Origin: Obrimoposthia wandeli
Taxonomy: Eukaryota
Length of the DNA: 51,496 nucleotides
Direction of reading: 5' to 3'
Assembly (NCBI GenBank): GCA_977020255.1
Contig: CDROCS010006440.1
Span: forward strand, 1-51,496
This document shows, piece after piece, positions 1 through 10,678 of this stretch. The stretch's first letter is position 1, and each line of letters begins with the position of its first letter. The position numbers and the translations under genes were made by a program. The notes below the pieces were generated by a model, which was not told the DNA's origin, searched no databases, and saw only the letters and a list, made by a program, of their open reading frames with translations.

Positions 1-48
1 TAAAAGGTTTAAGAGAAGAAAGTTTAGAGCTAAAAATAGCCTAAACAT
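1..48 (-). CDS. 5' fragment of a gene running off the window (MFRLFLALNFLLLNLL, signal-peptide-like); possibly the PDZ-domain protein that follows panD-ybaB in Campylobacterota
   Basis: ATG at 48 immediately after the ybaB stop at 49; hydrophobic N-terminus; identity inferred from recalled synteny only. Confidence 0.5.
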   Translation of the reverse strand, partial: MFRLFLALNFLLLNLL

Positions 49-366
49 TTATTTTGATCCAAAGGGATTCATACCACCCATACCGCCAAGCATTCCCATA
101 GCACTACTTTGTCTGTTAGCTTCTACCATCTTATTGGCATCATTGAGAGCACCAATAAGAAGTATTTGTAGAGAGTCTTTGTCACTAAGAAGTGAGTCAT
201 CAATATTTATATCAATAACCTCACCCTTACCATTCATGATAACTTCAATTAATCCGCCACCACATTTGACATTAAAGATTTTAGACTCAAGTTCAGATTG
301 AAGTTTACCTGCATTTTCTTGCATACCTTCGAGCATCTTACCCATGTCGCCTAAATTTTCAAACAT
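49..366 (-). CDS. ybaB: YbaB/EbfC nucleoid-associated protein
   Basis: 105 aa with GGGLIEV.MNG.GEV..I.ID and LQ.LLI.A.NDA motifs. Confidence 0.92.
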   Translation of the reverse strand: MFENLGDMGKMLEGMQENAGKLQSELESKIFNVKCGGGLIEVIMNGKGEVIDINIDDSLLSDKDSLQILLIGALNDANKMVEANRQSSAMGMLGGMGGMNPFGSK

Positions 367-731
367 TAGATGCTTTCTGCTACGTAATCTATATCATTAT
401 TATCATCTAAGATAACAACTTTTGGTTTGTAAGTCTCAAGATCTTTTTCATCATAAGTTGCATATGCAACTATAATTACTTTATCACCCTTGTGAACTTT
501 TCTTGCAGCCGCACCATTTAAACAGATATCTCTTTTGCCTCTTTCGCCTAAGATAATATATGTTGAAAATCTTTCACCATTATTGACATTTAAAATTTCA
601 ACTTTTTGTCCAACTCTCATCTTTGCAGCTTCTAAAAGCTCCTCATCAATAGTGATAGAACCAACGTAATTTAAATTAGCATCTGTAACAGTGGCACGAT
701 GAATTTTGCTGTACAACATTTCTATAGTCAT
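366..731 (-). CDS. panD: Aspartate 1-decarboxylase
   Basis: [17 protein letters not shown] (Gly-Ser self-cleavage site), NGAAAR. Confidence 0.97.
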   Translation of the reverse strand: MTIEMLYSKIHRATVTDANLNYVGSITIDEELLEAAKMRVGQKVEILNVNNGERFSTYIILGERGKRDICLNGAAARKVHKGDKVIIVAYATYDEKDLETYKPKVVILDDNNDIDYVAESI

Positions 732-740
732 TATCTTTTC

Positions 741-1115
741 CTACATTCCCATCTGTTTTTTCATGTCAGCAGGAGTTATTGGCTCATCCCACAGCTCAGA
801 ATCAATTACATATTCACAAACAACGTTTCCACCAAGTATATGCTCTGTTACTATTCTATCAATTTTTTCTTTAGTAAGACCTGCATACATAACATGACCA
901 GGTTCTACTAACATAACTGGACCTGCAGAACAGCGGTTTAAACAAGAAGTACGTATTGGTTGAACAGTTCCCATAATGCCTGCTTTCATTAATCTTTGTG
1001 CAAGATGCTGAAAAAGGTCTTGAGTCGCAGGTGTAACACATGATGGTTTTGGCATACCTGGAGGAGCCGATTGTTCACATTTAAACATGTAAAATGATGG
1101 TTGAGGAATTCCCAT
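741..1115 (-). CDS. Thioredoxin-like [2Fe-2S] ferredoxin
   Basis: Four Cys (FKC, PSC, SCLNRCSAGP) and V.EH..GG..V pattern; AAGGA SD. Confidence 0.85.
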   Translation of the reverse strand: MGIPQPSFYMFKCEQSAPPGMPKPSCVTPATQDLFQHLAQRLMKAGIMGTVQPIRTSCLNRCSAGPVMLVEPGHVMYAGLTKEKIDRIVTEHILGGNVVCEYVIDSELWDEPITPADMKKQMGM

Positions 1116-1142
1116 AAAACTTATCCTTGGATTTTTAATGGA

Positions 1143-1148
1143 ATTATA
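1143..1148 (-). promoter_or_regulatory. Putative -10 (TATAAT) for the ferredoxin-panD-ybaB operon, overlapped by a 9-5-9 palindrome
   Basis: attata on + strand about 28 nt upstream of the ferredoxin ATG. Confidence 0.5.
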
Positions 1149-1174
1149 ACTAAAATATAGTTATAAAATCTCGT

Positions 1175-1203
1175 ACCCAAACAAGCTCTTCTTGCTTTTG
1201 GGT
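1175..1203 (-). terminator. Hairpin downstream of the MCP gene
   Basis: ACCCAAA-CAAG...CTTG-C-TTTTGGGT inverted repeat. Confidence 0.55.
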
Positions 1204-1231
1204 TAAAATAAGTAATTATTCAACTTATTAC

Positions 1232-2927
1232 TTATGTCCTAAATTCAGACAATTTAGCATTTAATGTTTCAGTCATGTTATTTAAATGTTCTGCAGCACT
1301 AACAATTTCTTCAACACTTCTAGCATTATCACTAGATAATTTATTTACATTTGTAACACTTTCTATAATACCTTGTATATCATCTCCAGTTGCTACATAG
1401 TTGCTAACAGTTGTATCAGACATACTTACTGCATGGCCCATAGATTCACTCATCTGAGTAATCTTAGTTTCTACCTCACTAGCAACTGTAGTTAACTCTT
1501 CTATTTGTTTCGCATTTTGAGTCATTTGACCACTAGAATCAGAAATGCCTTGAACAATTACATTGATAGTTGCATTAATCTCTGTTAAACTATGCTGTGT
1601 TCTCTCTGCTAGCTTACGAACTTCATCAGCAACAACTGCAAATCCACGGCCATGTTCTCCAGCCCGTGCTGCTTCAATAGCTGCATTAAGAGCAAGTAAG
1701 TTTGTTTGATCTGCAATATCATTAATAACAGTTAAGACTTCTTTAACTTGTTCTGCATCTGTGCTAAGTTGTTCTATCCTTTGTGATAGTCCAAGTTCTG
1801 CATCTGCACTCAGTTGAATTTGCTCAGAAAGGTGTGTGATAGAAGAAGTTGCTTCTTCTATATAGCCATTGGCTTTTTCAAGTTCTTCTTTACTATTATT
1901 TGCCTCTTTAATAGAGTCTTGCATTTCAACTTTGATATTTTCTGCTTTATCAGTAGTACTTTGAATGATAGATGTAGAATCTTCAACTCGTCTTCCGGTT
2001 GATAAAGAAGAAGTGGATAATTCATGAGCGATAGATGCATTTTCAGTAGAAAGTTGTTTAGCATCTGCAATTAGAATACGTACCTTTTCAATGAAGTCAT
2101 TAATTGCCAAACTTGCTTGTGCAATTTCATCTTTGCCATTAACCTCTAGTTTGTGAGTAAGATCACCATCACCACTAGATAGATTTTGAGCACGAAGAAT
2201 TAATTGATTAAGCGGTGTTGTTATTTTGAACCTAATGATAACAATAGCAATAATACTAATAAGAAGAGTAATTACAAAGGAAATTCCTGCAAAAAATTGC
2301 ATGTCTTGTCTCTGCTGAGCTCTAACTGTCTCTTGAAGGTGCTTTACATTTGCATCTACGTTATCTATATAAACACCTGTTCCTAACATCCACTGATAAG
2401 GTCCAAAAGTAAGCGTATAACCTAACTTAGGAAATGGTTTTCCACCTTTTTCTTTAGGATACTGATAAATAACAAATCCACCATCTGATTGCTTAGATAC
2501 ATCAATTAATTCTTTAACAAATAAATTGCCATCACTATCTTTAAGTTGTGACCATATTTTTACCATGAACGGAAGGTTTCATTCCATGAGCAATATTATT
2601 TCCAAGTATAATCATAAGCAACATATAACCACTATTATCATTAAAAAATCTAAACTCTTCTAGTTTTGAAACTATATCTTGTTTAATAGTTTCATCATCT
2701 ATTCCAACAGCTTTTTTCTCTTTATATATCTGTTGAGCAACCTTTAAAATAATAGCCATTTCACTTTTTAACTCAGCTTTTCTTGCTTTTATAAGTTCTT
2801 CTTTATACTGCTTAGTAAAAAAAGAAACTTCTTCGTTTGAAAAATGGGATGACAAAAGTCCTAAAAGAATTGTTAACGCAATTAGCGCACCAATAATCAT
2901 TGATAATATTCTTGTAGAGAGTTTCAT
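1232..2927 (-). CDS. Methyl-accepting chemotaxis protein (TM, single Cache, TM, HAMP, MCP signal); split by a frameshift near 2550-2600
   Basis: [37 protein letters not shown]; Cache motif W.LGTGVYID; AAAGGA SD before ATG at 2927; ORFs 2541-2948 and 1232-2566 overlap in different frames. Confidence 0.92.
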
Positions 2928-3203
2928 TGTAAATCCTTTGTAATACAATTTAATAGTTAAAAACTACTTGTACAATTGTACTTTATTAGTATTTTATTGT
3001 TTTATTATATTGATAATAATTAATGATTATAATTATTATTATTTATTACATTTACTAATACATTGGGTCTAAGAGTATAAATTACTAAATATTTAAATAT
3101 TTAAAATGTAGTTGAAAAATACTCATATAATTTATAACTAAATACCATTTTATAAATTCACTACTAGATGCAAGTTTTATTTCAGGATAAAGAATATCTT
3201 TTT

Positions 3204-3212
3204 TGCTATAAT
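3204..3212 (+). promoter_or_regulatory. Extended -10 promoter TGCTATAAT
   Basis: Matches the Campylobacterota sigma70 TGnTATAAT consensus, about 37 nt before the TTG at 3249. Confidence 0.65.
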
Positions 3213-3248
3213 TCACACAATAAATTTCAACAATAACAAGGTATAAAA

Positions 3249-3788
3249 TTGAAAAAAATCATATTATTCTCACTCCTTATAACATCTCTTTACTCAGATG
3301 CAAAAGTTTATATGGGTGTAGGTGCATAAGGTGCATGTAGCATTTACAGTGAGTGCAATAATGAAAAAGAAGAAACAGAAAAATAAAAATAAATAACAAA
3401 GTGGAAACAGAGAAGAGTATGTGCAATAGAATTCTCATTTGATTATTTTAAAAATGACGAAAATGTTTTTTCATCAACAGGAAAAGACAGTGACAAGTTT
3501 GGAATGAATATAGAGCTTGTAAAAGCACTTGAAATAGATACCTTTTTCAATCCTTACTTTAAAGCTGGATTTGGTGCTGGTTTTGTTGATGTTAACCATG
3601 ATGATCAATCATCATTAAACTATAGTACTTTTAATCTTGGTTTTGGTTTTTATATTCCAATAAATGAACATCTAGATATTGACTTAGGTTATGATTACAA
3701 GTATATATCTTATGAAGAGCTAACGAGCACAAGTAGTAAAGTTACTTCTAATTTAAATGGTGCTTATCTAGGAATAAACGTGATTTAA
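3249..3788 (+). CDS. Outer-membrane beta-barrel protein (porin/OmpW-like); N-terminal third scrambled by indels
   Basis: TTG start and signal peptide LKKIILFSLLITSLYSDAKVYMGVG; frame resumes IEFSFDYFKNDENVF; PY.KAGFGAGF and LGYDYKY strands. Confidence 0.7.
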
Positions 3789-3799
3789 CAGAGAGCTAT

Positions 3800-4969
3800 G
3801 TGAACTCCAAAGATAGTGAAAAAAGAATCTTAACTCTTTGTCCATTTGTAAAAGATATAGTAGTCACTATTGAAAATGGACATCCTTTTGCTACTATCTA
3901 CCCAAATTTTAAAGCATTAAAATCAACACATATTATAAATATAGAAAATGAGCTTCGTTGGTACGGAGTTGAGTTATACAATCTCGAAGTTGAAGAGTCT
4001 CAAAAAGTTAAAGGCTACCGCGTCTCGAAATATCCTTTAGTAAAAATCAGTTCTAATCAAAATACAATAAATGATGAACCAACTGATGATTTATACCAAA
4101 GTATAAAGTCTCAACTATCTACTCAAAGTAGTGAAACTATTTTATCTGATTCGCATCTAGAACTTGACCTTGGACTTGATTCTCTTGACTATGTCGAATT
4201 ATTTGTTTTTATTGAGAATAGCTACGGAGTTAAAATAAATGAGAAAATTTTCTCTGAAATTATGACTATGCAAGATTTATATAAGTACATAAAAGAACAT
4301 AAAAAATATATAAAACCTACGAAAACACAATGGGAAGATATTTTAAATGAAAATCACGATGAAAAATTAATCTTCTCTCCTTTTATAATGTTTATGTATA
4401 AAGTACTTCTTTTTCCACTCTTCAAACTCTTCTTTAGACTGGAGATAAAAGGAATAGAGAATGTTCCCTATTCATCTTGCATCATAGCTCCAACTCATCA
4501 GAGTATGCTTGATGGTTTTTTGATAGAAGCAACTCTTCCCTACCCCATATTAAAAAATAGTTTTTTCTTAGCTTTTAAACAGGTTTTTGGAACAAAACTA
4601 CTCCATCCTATTGCAACATATGGGCAAACTATTTTAATAGATGCAAATATCAATCTAAAAGAGACTATGAAACACGCTGCTCTACCTCTAAAGGAAAAGA
4701 AAAATCTTGTTATATTTCCAGAGGGTGCGAGAACAAGGGATAGAAAGTTACTCGAGTTTAGACCATTTTTTGCGATGCTATCAAAAACACACAATGTTCC
4801 TATAGTTCCTGTAATCATCGATGGTAGTTTTGAAGCACTTCCTAGTGGAAAAATATTTCCAAGACCAAGAAAAATAAAACTTACTTACTTAGAGCCAATT
4901 TATCCTAGCGATATCAGTTATGATGAACTCACAGCACTTGTAAAACAAACTATTAAAGAGTCAATATGA
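3800..4969 (+). CDS. Acyl-carrier domain plus PlsC-type acyltransferase fusion
   Basis: LGLDSLD phosphopantetheine motif; HQSMLD (HxxxxD); FPEGAR. Confidence 0.88.
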   Translation: MNSKDSEKRILTLCPFVKDIVVTIENGHPFATIYPNFKALKSTHIINIENELRWYGVELYNLEVEESQKVKGYRVSKYPLVKISSNQNTINDEPTDDLYQSIKSQLSTQSSETILSDSHLELDLGLDSLDYVELFVFIENSYGVKINEKIFSEIMTMQDLYKYIKEHKKYIKPTKTQWEDILNENHDEKLIFSPFIMFMYKVLLFPLFKLFFRLEIKGIENVPYSSCIIAPTHQSMLDGFLIEATLPYPILKNSFFLAFKQVFGTKLLHPIATYGQTILIDANINLKETMKHAALPLKEKKNLVIFPEGARTRDRKLLEFRPFFAMLSKTHNVPIVPVIIDGSFEALPSGKIFPRPRKIKLTYLEPIYPSDISYDELTALVKQTIKESI

Positions 4970-5730
4970 GTTTCTTAGACCTCTTTAAACTACCTTGTCT
5001 TATAGGAGCTCATAGAGGATCACATGCTAAATATCCAGAAAATACATTTTCTGCACTTAAAAATAGTTTTGGTCATTGTGATTTTGTTGAACTAGATGTA
5101 CAACTAAGTAGTGATAAAGTAGCTGTAATTATGCATGATGAAACCTTAGAGAGAACAACTGATATAGAACAAATAGAGATATATAAAACACGTGTTCCTT
5201 ACAAACTCTCAGATTTTACTTATGCAGAGTTAGCAAGTCTTGATTATGGAAGTTGGTTTTACACTAACGATATGAAAGCTGAAACACTGCTTAGTCTAAA
5301 AAAAGCATTAAAATTTATCAAAGACAATAGTTTATATATCAACATAGAAATTAAAGATATACATGACTCATTTAGTGACAAAGAAGTTATATCAAATATT
5401 CACCAAGAAATAAAAGATGCTAAAGTAAAAGAGTTTATTTTACTCTCTTCTTTTAGACATGAGTACTTATCTTTATCTAAAAGTATAGAACCTAGCATAC
5501 CCACAGCAGCACTGGTTTCAAATGTACATCCAAAAAATCTCTTAGATTATCTAAAAAGATTTAAAATAGATGCTTATCATTTTAACAATAAACTTGTAGA
5601 CAAAAAAACGATAAAGAAATTAAAAGAAGCTGGTTATTTTATTAATATTTACACTGTTAACGATTCTATTCGACGTCAACAGTTATTTGATATGGGAGTG
5701 AATGGAGTATTCACTGATTTATTGGAGTAA
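4966..5730 (+). CDS. Glycerophosphodiester phosphodiesterase
   Basis: AHRG, ELDV, HDETLERTT, NIEIK, GV.GVFTD. Confidence 0.93.
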   Translation: MSFLDLFKLPCLIGAHRGSHAKYPENTFSALKNSFGHCDFVELDVQLSSDKVAVIMHDETLERTTDIEQIEIYKTRVPYKLSDFTYAELASLDYGSWFYTNDMKAETLLSLKKALKFIKDNSLYINIEIKDIHDSFSDKEVISNIHQEIKDAKVKEFILLSSFRHEYLSLSKSIEPSIPTAALVSNVHPKNLLDYLKRFKIDAYHFNNKLVDKKTIKKLKEAGYFINIYTVNDSIRRQQLFDMGVNGVFTDLLE

Positions 5731-7026
5731 TTAATTTATATTTAGAAGTTCTCGAACAATTTCTCTATCATCAAATGGTAATTCTTTATCATAAATAATT
5801 TGAAATGCTTCATCACCTTTTCCAAGAATAACAACTACATCTTCATCTTCTTGATCATCTAGTGCCATCTCTATTGCTTTTTTTCTATTGAGCTCTACAC
5901 TGACAATACTTCTATCTTCAATACCTTCAAGTATATCATCTACAATAGCTTGTGGGTCTTCAGTTCTTGGGTTATCACTTGTAATATAAACTTTCTTTGC
6001 AAGACTCGCAGCTATTCTACCCATCATGGGTCGTTTTTCTCTGTCTCTGTCGCCACCTGCTCCAAATACAACTAAAAGCTCTTTTTCTTTTAAGGCATTT
6101 AGAACTTGTTGCATTCCATCTGGAGTATGAGCAAAGTCAACTATTACATTGGGTAGTTCACATACTTGTTCCATTCTTCCACTAACACCTGCAAAGTTAT
6201 CAACTACTTCAACAATTTTTTCTAATTTTTCTTCAACCAGTAAATCAACGGCACCAATAGCAGCCATTAGATTATAAAGATTGAAAAAACCATGTAGTGA
6301 AGATGTAAAAGGAACTACTTCAGTAAAGTGCTGAATAATCCCGCTAGAAGCATCGTTTAATGAATACGCCATTAGCTTGTATGAAGAGTTATTTTCTATA
6401 CCATATGTGAAAGTATTTTTAATATTAAAAGCAGCTCTTGGCTCATCTTTATTTATAAGTTTTTTGCCTTCATCTTGAAAAAAACTATTTTTTACAGATA
6501 TGTATTCACCAATAGTCTTATGATAATCTAGATGATCTTGTGTAATATTTGTAAGTATTTTAAGCTCAAAGTTCAGGCCTTCTATACGCTTTTGAACAAT
6601 TGCGTGAGAACTTACTTCCATAATAAAGAACTCACAACCTGCTTCTACCGCTTGATAGATATGTTTATAAGTATTTAAAACACTTGGCGTAGTAAGAGAT
6701 TTACCCTCTACAACATCATCATTTGCAAAAAAACCACGTGTTCCCTGCATTGCAGTTTTGTAGTTCAAATCAAGTAAAAAAGAGTAAATTGCACTTGCAG
6801 TTGTAGTTTTGCCGTTTGTGCCTGTGATTCCAATTATTTTTATTTTATCGATGCCAAACAGTGAAGCAATTTCTTTAATATTAATTATTGAATGTGCAGC
6901 ATTATCTTTAGCATCTTGAAGATATTTTTCATTTTGAGTGCTGAGGACAAATGCTGTATCGGCACAACATTCACCAGAGTCTTCTGTTATGTATTTATAT
7001 GCTTGTTTTGGTAATTCAATTTTCAC
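5731..7026 (-). CDS. murE: UDP-MurNAc-dipeptide--meso-DAP ligase
   Basis: GITGTNGKTT, MEVSSH, DFAHTPD, DNPR (DAP-type motif). Confidence 0.97.
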   Translation of the reverse strand: MKIELPKQAYKYITEDSGECCADTAFVLSTQNEKYLQDAKDNAAHSIINIKEIASLFGIDKIKIIGITGTNGKTTTASAIYSFLLDLNYKTAMQGTRGFFANDDVVEGKSLTTPSVLNTYKHIYQAVEAGCEFFIMEVSSHAIVQKRIEGLNFELKILTNITQDHLDYHKTIGEYISVKNSFFQDEGKKLINKDEPRAAFNIKNTFTYGIENNSSYKLMAYSLNDASSGIIQHFTEVVPFTSSLHGFFNLYNLMAAIGAVDLLVEEKLEKIVEVVDNFAGVSGRMEQVCELPNVIVDFAHTPDGMQQVLNALKEKELLVVFGAGGDRDREKRPMMGRIAASLAKKVYITSDNPRTEDPQAIVDDILEGIEDRSIVSVELNRKKAIEMALDDQEDEDVVVILGKGDEAFQIIYDKELPFDDREIVRELLNIN

Positions 7027-7618
7027 TTTTTTTACTCTTTGCTAATTTTTTAAGTAGTTTTCTTAGTAACTCATCACTAGGGTAAACACTAAGTGCATTT
7101 TCCAAGTATGTAAGTGCCATTTCTGCAAAACCATATTCAATTAGATTCTCTAAAAAATCTATAAAATCTTCTTTTTGAGTAATTATTACACGAGTTGAAA
7201 ACATGATATTTTCAAAAGTTTCTTTAAACCCAGCACCTTTATCTAAAATGGCTTTAAAGTCTTGATAAAGAATACCATCTTCAAACTCTAGTCTTTCACG
7301 TAGAGGTTCAGCAAAAACTTCACTAAGTTTTTCAACTGTGCCATCCATAGTTTGTAAAATATCACTCATGATATTATCTGCTGATTCTTTATCTTCATCT
7401 TTTAATATTTCATAATAATCAAATAAAGCTTCGGCACCACCTTCACCGCTTAGAGCCATCTCAGATAAAATCACACCATTATATGCCTCTTTAGAGTTAG
7501 GAAAGTCTTGCAAAACTACTGCAAACTTTTCCAATGCACTTTTATAGTCTGATTTACTAAAGTAATCTTTAGCTTGTGTTAATGTCTTATGTTTACTGAT
7601 GCCATTCATTATATTCAC
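7016..7618 (-). CDS. Conserved TPR-like protein found between nfuA and murE in Campylobacterota (start may be 7609)
   Basis: Helical TPR-like N- and C-terminal segments; recalled synteny. Confidence 0.75.
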   Translation of the reverse strand: MNIMNGISKHKTLTQAKDYFSKSDYKSALEKFAVVLQDFPNSKEAYNGVILSEMALSGEGGAEALFDYYEILKDEDKESADNIMSDILQTMDGTVEKLSEVFAEPLRERLEFEDGILYQDFKAILDKGAGFKETFENIMFSTRVIITQKEDFIDFLENLIEYGFAEMALTYLENALSVYPSDELLRKLLKKLAKSKKSEN

Positions 7619-7623
7619 TTATT

Positions 7624-7899
7624 TTATAAATTATCTATATCGTTTTCCATACCTACGGGTACATTTACAACCGTTAGTTCTGGATGTATATCCATTCTAA
7701 GTTGTCTTTCTACACCATATTTTAGTGTACTGCCACTACTTGCACATCCTACACATGCACCTTTTAACTGCACATAAACACTTCCATTTTTAACAGTTAT
7801 AAAGTCTATATCTCCACCATCTAAAGCCAAAGATGGACGTATCTTTTCAATTGAAACCTTTACAGGGTTTATTAACTCTTCATCACTGAATGGAATCAT
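7624..7899 (-). CDS. NifU/NfuA C-terminal-domain Fe-S carrier
   Basis: IRPSL..DGGD and GAC.GC motifs. Confidence 0.92.
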   Translation of the reverse strand: MIPFSDEELINPVKVSIEKIRPSLALDGGDIDFITVKNGSVYVQLKGACVGCASSGSTLKYGVERQLRMDIHPELTVVNVPVGMENDIDNL

Positions 7900-7982
7900 T
7901 TAGTATCCTTTATTATTCTATATACATAAAATATGACAAAATAGCTTAACAAGTCATAAAAAATTAAATTACCTTGTTAGTT

Positions 7983-9200
7983 TTAGTCTTTCAAGGCTAA
8001 AATTTCATGTAAATAACTTGGTTTTCTCATCCCAACTAATATATAGTCTATACTCTCTTTTTGCATTAAAAATTTAAGTGCACACTCTTGGAGAGTAGAT
8101 TCACAATCTTTAAAAAATTCTTTTAAAGCCGTTCTTGTATTTTTAGAACACTCATGGAGAACCATTTTTCTATATTCTATAAAAAATAGGTCAATAAAAT
8201 TAAGCATAGTATCTTTATTTTGATCATCTATAGCATCTAAAGAAGTTCTCATGTGAGGGATTATTTGAGAATAAAAGAAAGAGTCAAAATCACCTATCCA
8301 TCCAAACTTATGCTTAGATGCTTCTAACTCTTCTAAAAGGTTATATAGAGGCTTAAGCATCTCATTGTCACAAACTTCAAGTAGTTCATTTAAATGATGA
8401 TAATATTCATTTGACTCAGCATAGTCAGCTAGTCTATACATAAGTTTTTCATGTTCTGCATTAAGTGGTCTATTAACTAGAACTCTTAATCCATTCTCTT
8501 TTGCCCATGCAGCACATTTTAAACCTTCACTCTCTAAAATATTGATTGGTAGCTCAATTGTTGTAAAACTATGAGTATCATTACCAACTTCTTCAGAAGC
8601 TCTATCTGCAATTGTTATTAGATCTTCGTATGGTAAAAATTCATCGCTACTTTGATCTTTTGCAAAACTGTTTGAACTAATTCCATAAGAAGCTATTCTT
8701 TCATTTTTCACTTCTTCTTCTAATGCAACAAAAGCTCTGTATAGTCTTCTGTACATTTCATCTAATCTCTCATCTTTATCAACTTGCTTATTAATAGCGT
8801 CTAAAAGGTAGTACTCAGGATTATGTATAAGATAACAGTCTAGCTTTTTCATCTCTAGACGTTTTAGAGATTCACTTAGTTGATCTTGAATGAAAGATTT
8901 TGAGATAGAATGAAAACAATCTTTAGAAAATTCTACAACTTCTTCGAATGCGTCATCTTTATGTCTATCCATATTAGCACCTTGGATATATCCAAATTTG
9001 CTAACTATTTCTACATTAGATTTAACATCTTCATCAAACTCTCTAAATGCTAGTGATATAGCTCTCTCAGCACCACCATCCATATAATTAGATGAAGTAT
9101 CAATCATAGTTATACCAGCTTCTATGGCCTCTTTTAATGCTTCTATGTGTTGGGGGTTGTAATCACTTATTCTGTAAGTTCCAAATGCGAAATTACTCAT
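7983..9200 (-). CDS. Aldo/keto reductase family protein
   Basis: FGTYR, IDTS.NY.DG, SKFG, LIHNPE, GISSN. Confidence 0.85.
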   Translation of the reverse strand: MSNFAFGTYRISDYNPQHIEALKEAIEAGITMIDTSSNYMDGGAERAISLAFREFDEDVKSNVEIVSKFGYIQGANMDRHKDDAFEEVVEFSKDCFHSISKSFIQDQLSESLKRLEMKKLDCYLIHNPEYYLLDAINKQVDKDERLDEMYRRLYRAFVALEEEVKNERIASYGISSNSFAKDQSSDEFLPYEDLITIADRASEEVGNDTHSFTTIELPINILESEGLKCAAWAKENGLRVLVNRPLNAEHEKLMYRLADYAESNEYYHHLNELLEVCDNEMLKPLYNLLEELEASKHKFGWIGDFDSFFYSQIIPHMRTSLDAIDDQNKDTMLNFIDLFFIEYRKMVLHECSKNTRTALKEFFKDCESTLQECALKFLMQKESIDYILVGMRKPSYLHEILALKD

Positions 9201-9251
9201 ATTAAGTCCTAGTGTTAAAGTATTTTAGAATTGGGAAGTTTTGAAGATTTT

Positions 9252-9278
9252 AAACACTAAGAGAGTCTCTTAGTGTTT
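9252..9278 (-). terminator. Hairpin downstream of rplQ; probable end of the alpha operon
   Basis: AAACACTAAGAGA-G-TCTCTTAGTGTTT, 13-bp perfect inverted repeat; T-tract is weak. Confidence 0.65.
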
Positions 9279-9291
9279 TGGAACATTGAAC

Positions 9292-9642
9292 TTATACTAG
9301 TTCAATAAATGCCATTGTTGTAGCATCACCACGACGAATTCTTGTTCTAGTAATTCTAGTATATCCACCAGTACGGTCAACGTACTTAGGAGCTATTTCG
9401 TTTACTAAAGTTTTAGTTGCTTCTTTACTTTGAAGCGCCGCGAATACTGATCTGTGAGCGTTAGAGTCATTCTTACCAGCGATTGTGATAAGTTTTTCAA
9501 CGTATCTACGTAACTCTTTAGCTTTGATAGCAGTAGTTTCAATTTTACCATGTTCTATTAACGAAATACTAAGGTTCTTAAGTAAAGCAGCACGGTGTGC
9601 GCTTGTACGACTTAGTTTACGGTATCCATGACGATGTCTCAT
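9292..9642 (-). CDS. rplQ: 50S ribosomal protein L17
   Basis: [17 protein letters not shown]. Confidence 0.99.
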   Translation of the reverse strand: MRHRHGYRKLSRTSAHRAALLKNLSISLIEHGKIETTAIKAKELRRYVEKLITIAGKNDSNAHRSVFAALQSKEATKTLVNEIAPKYVDRTGGYTRITRTRIRRGDATTMAFIELV

Positions 9643-9656
9643 CTATAATTCCTCTA

Positions 9657-10655
9657 TTAAGCCTGTGCGGCTTCTATTTTCTTTTTTAACGCACTAACTA
9701 CATCATCAGCAAGGTCTGCACCAACGGCAAAACCAAACTCTTGTAGTTTATCTACGATTTCATCATATGATTTTTTACCTAGGTTCTTAACATTTTTAAG
9801 ATCATTTTGACTCATTAATGCTATTTCACCTACTAGTTTAATGCTTGAGCGGTCAAGACAGTTAAAACTTCTTGCACTTAAACCTAAACTATCAATATGA
9901 GTTACTAGTTTTTTAAGATCAGGATTTTCTTCAACACGTTCTATAGTTGTTGTAGCTTTAATACTAATCTCTGAGTTAAATACAGCTAATTGAGCATACA
10001 TAACTTCTAAAGAGTTTTTAAATGCATCTAATGGAGAAATTTGACCATCAGTTTTAATATTTAAAATTACTCTTTCAAAATTAGGATTGTCTTCTACAAG
10101 AACATTCTCAATTTTGTAAGTTGCACTACGAACAGGAGTGAAGTAAGCATCTAATGCTATATATCCATCTTCTAATTCATCGTGTGTATCTTCACTAGGA
10201 ACATAACCAATACCTTGTGCAATTTTGATCACAAAGTTTAAGTTAGAATCTTCGTTAAGAGTCGCTAATGGAGCGTCTGGTGTTACCACTTCAACTTCAT
10301 CACTATTAAGGTCTGAACCTTTAATAGTACATGGACCAGCAAAACTGTAATTAATTTCTGCTTCAGAAGCTTCATCTTTAAGCTTAAAGCGAATCTCTTT
10401 AAGGTTTAGGATAAAGTCTGAAATATCTTCAAGCATACCACGCACAGAGTCAAACTCGTGCTTAGCGCCTTCGATTTTTATAGCAATTGGTGCGTAACCA
10501 ACTGAACTACTTAATAGAAAACGGCGAAGTGGATGAGCAAGAGATATAGCATAACCTGTTTCAAAAGGATATGCCATAACGTTAGCTTCATTCTCACTAA
10601 TCTGTTCTACCTCAAATTCTTGAGGAGCAAGTGGAGTAGTTTTAATTTTTTTCAT
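9657..10655 (-). CDS. rpoA: RNA polymerase alpha subunit
   Basis: [14 protein letters not shown]; alpha-[19 protein letters not shown]. Confidence 0.99.
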   Translation of the reverse strand: MKKIKTTPLAPQEFEVEQISENEANVMAYPFETGYAISLAHPLRRFLLSSSVGYAPIAIKIEGAKHEFDSVRGMLEDISDFILNLKEIRFKLKDEASEAEINYSFAGPCTIKGSDLNSDEVEVVTPDAPLATLNEDSNLNFVIKIAQGIGYVPSEDTHDELEDGYIALDAYFTPVRSATYKIENVLVEDNPNFERVILNIKTDGQISPLDAFKNSLEVMYAQLAVFNSEISIKATTTIERVEENPDLKKLVTHIDSLGLSARSFNCLDRSSIKLVGEIALMSQNDLKNVKNLGKKSYDEIVDKLQEFGFAVGADLADDVVSALKKKIEAAQA

Positions 10656-10678
10656 TCTCTGACGCCTTATATTAACTA

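Noticed and set aside
2970-3060. GTACAATTGTAC palindrome and a Fur-box-like GATAAT/ATTAT array upstream of the MCP
   Set aside because: The region is extremely AT-rich, so such matches are expected by chance; the palindrome simply contains the likely -10.
3797-3803. ATG-TGA overlapping the GTG start of the acyltransferase as a regulatory mini-ORF
   Set aside because: Could be a dinucleotide insertion error in ATG AAC, given the local error rate.
7016-7899. nfuA-TPR-murE linkage as a novel system
   Set aside because: This synteny is already conserved in Campylobacter and Helicobacter.
7934-7960. TATGAC-N15-GTCATA repeat upstream of nfuA
   Set aside because: Only 6 bp per arm in AT-rich DNA, and no supporting second site in the window.
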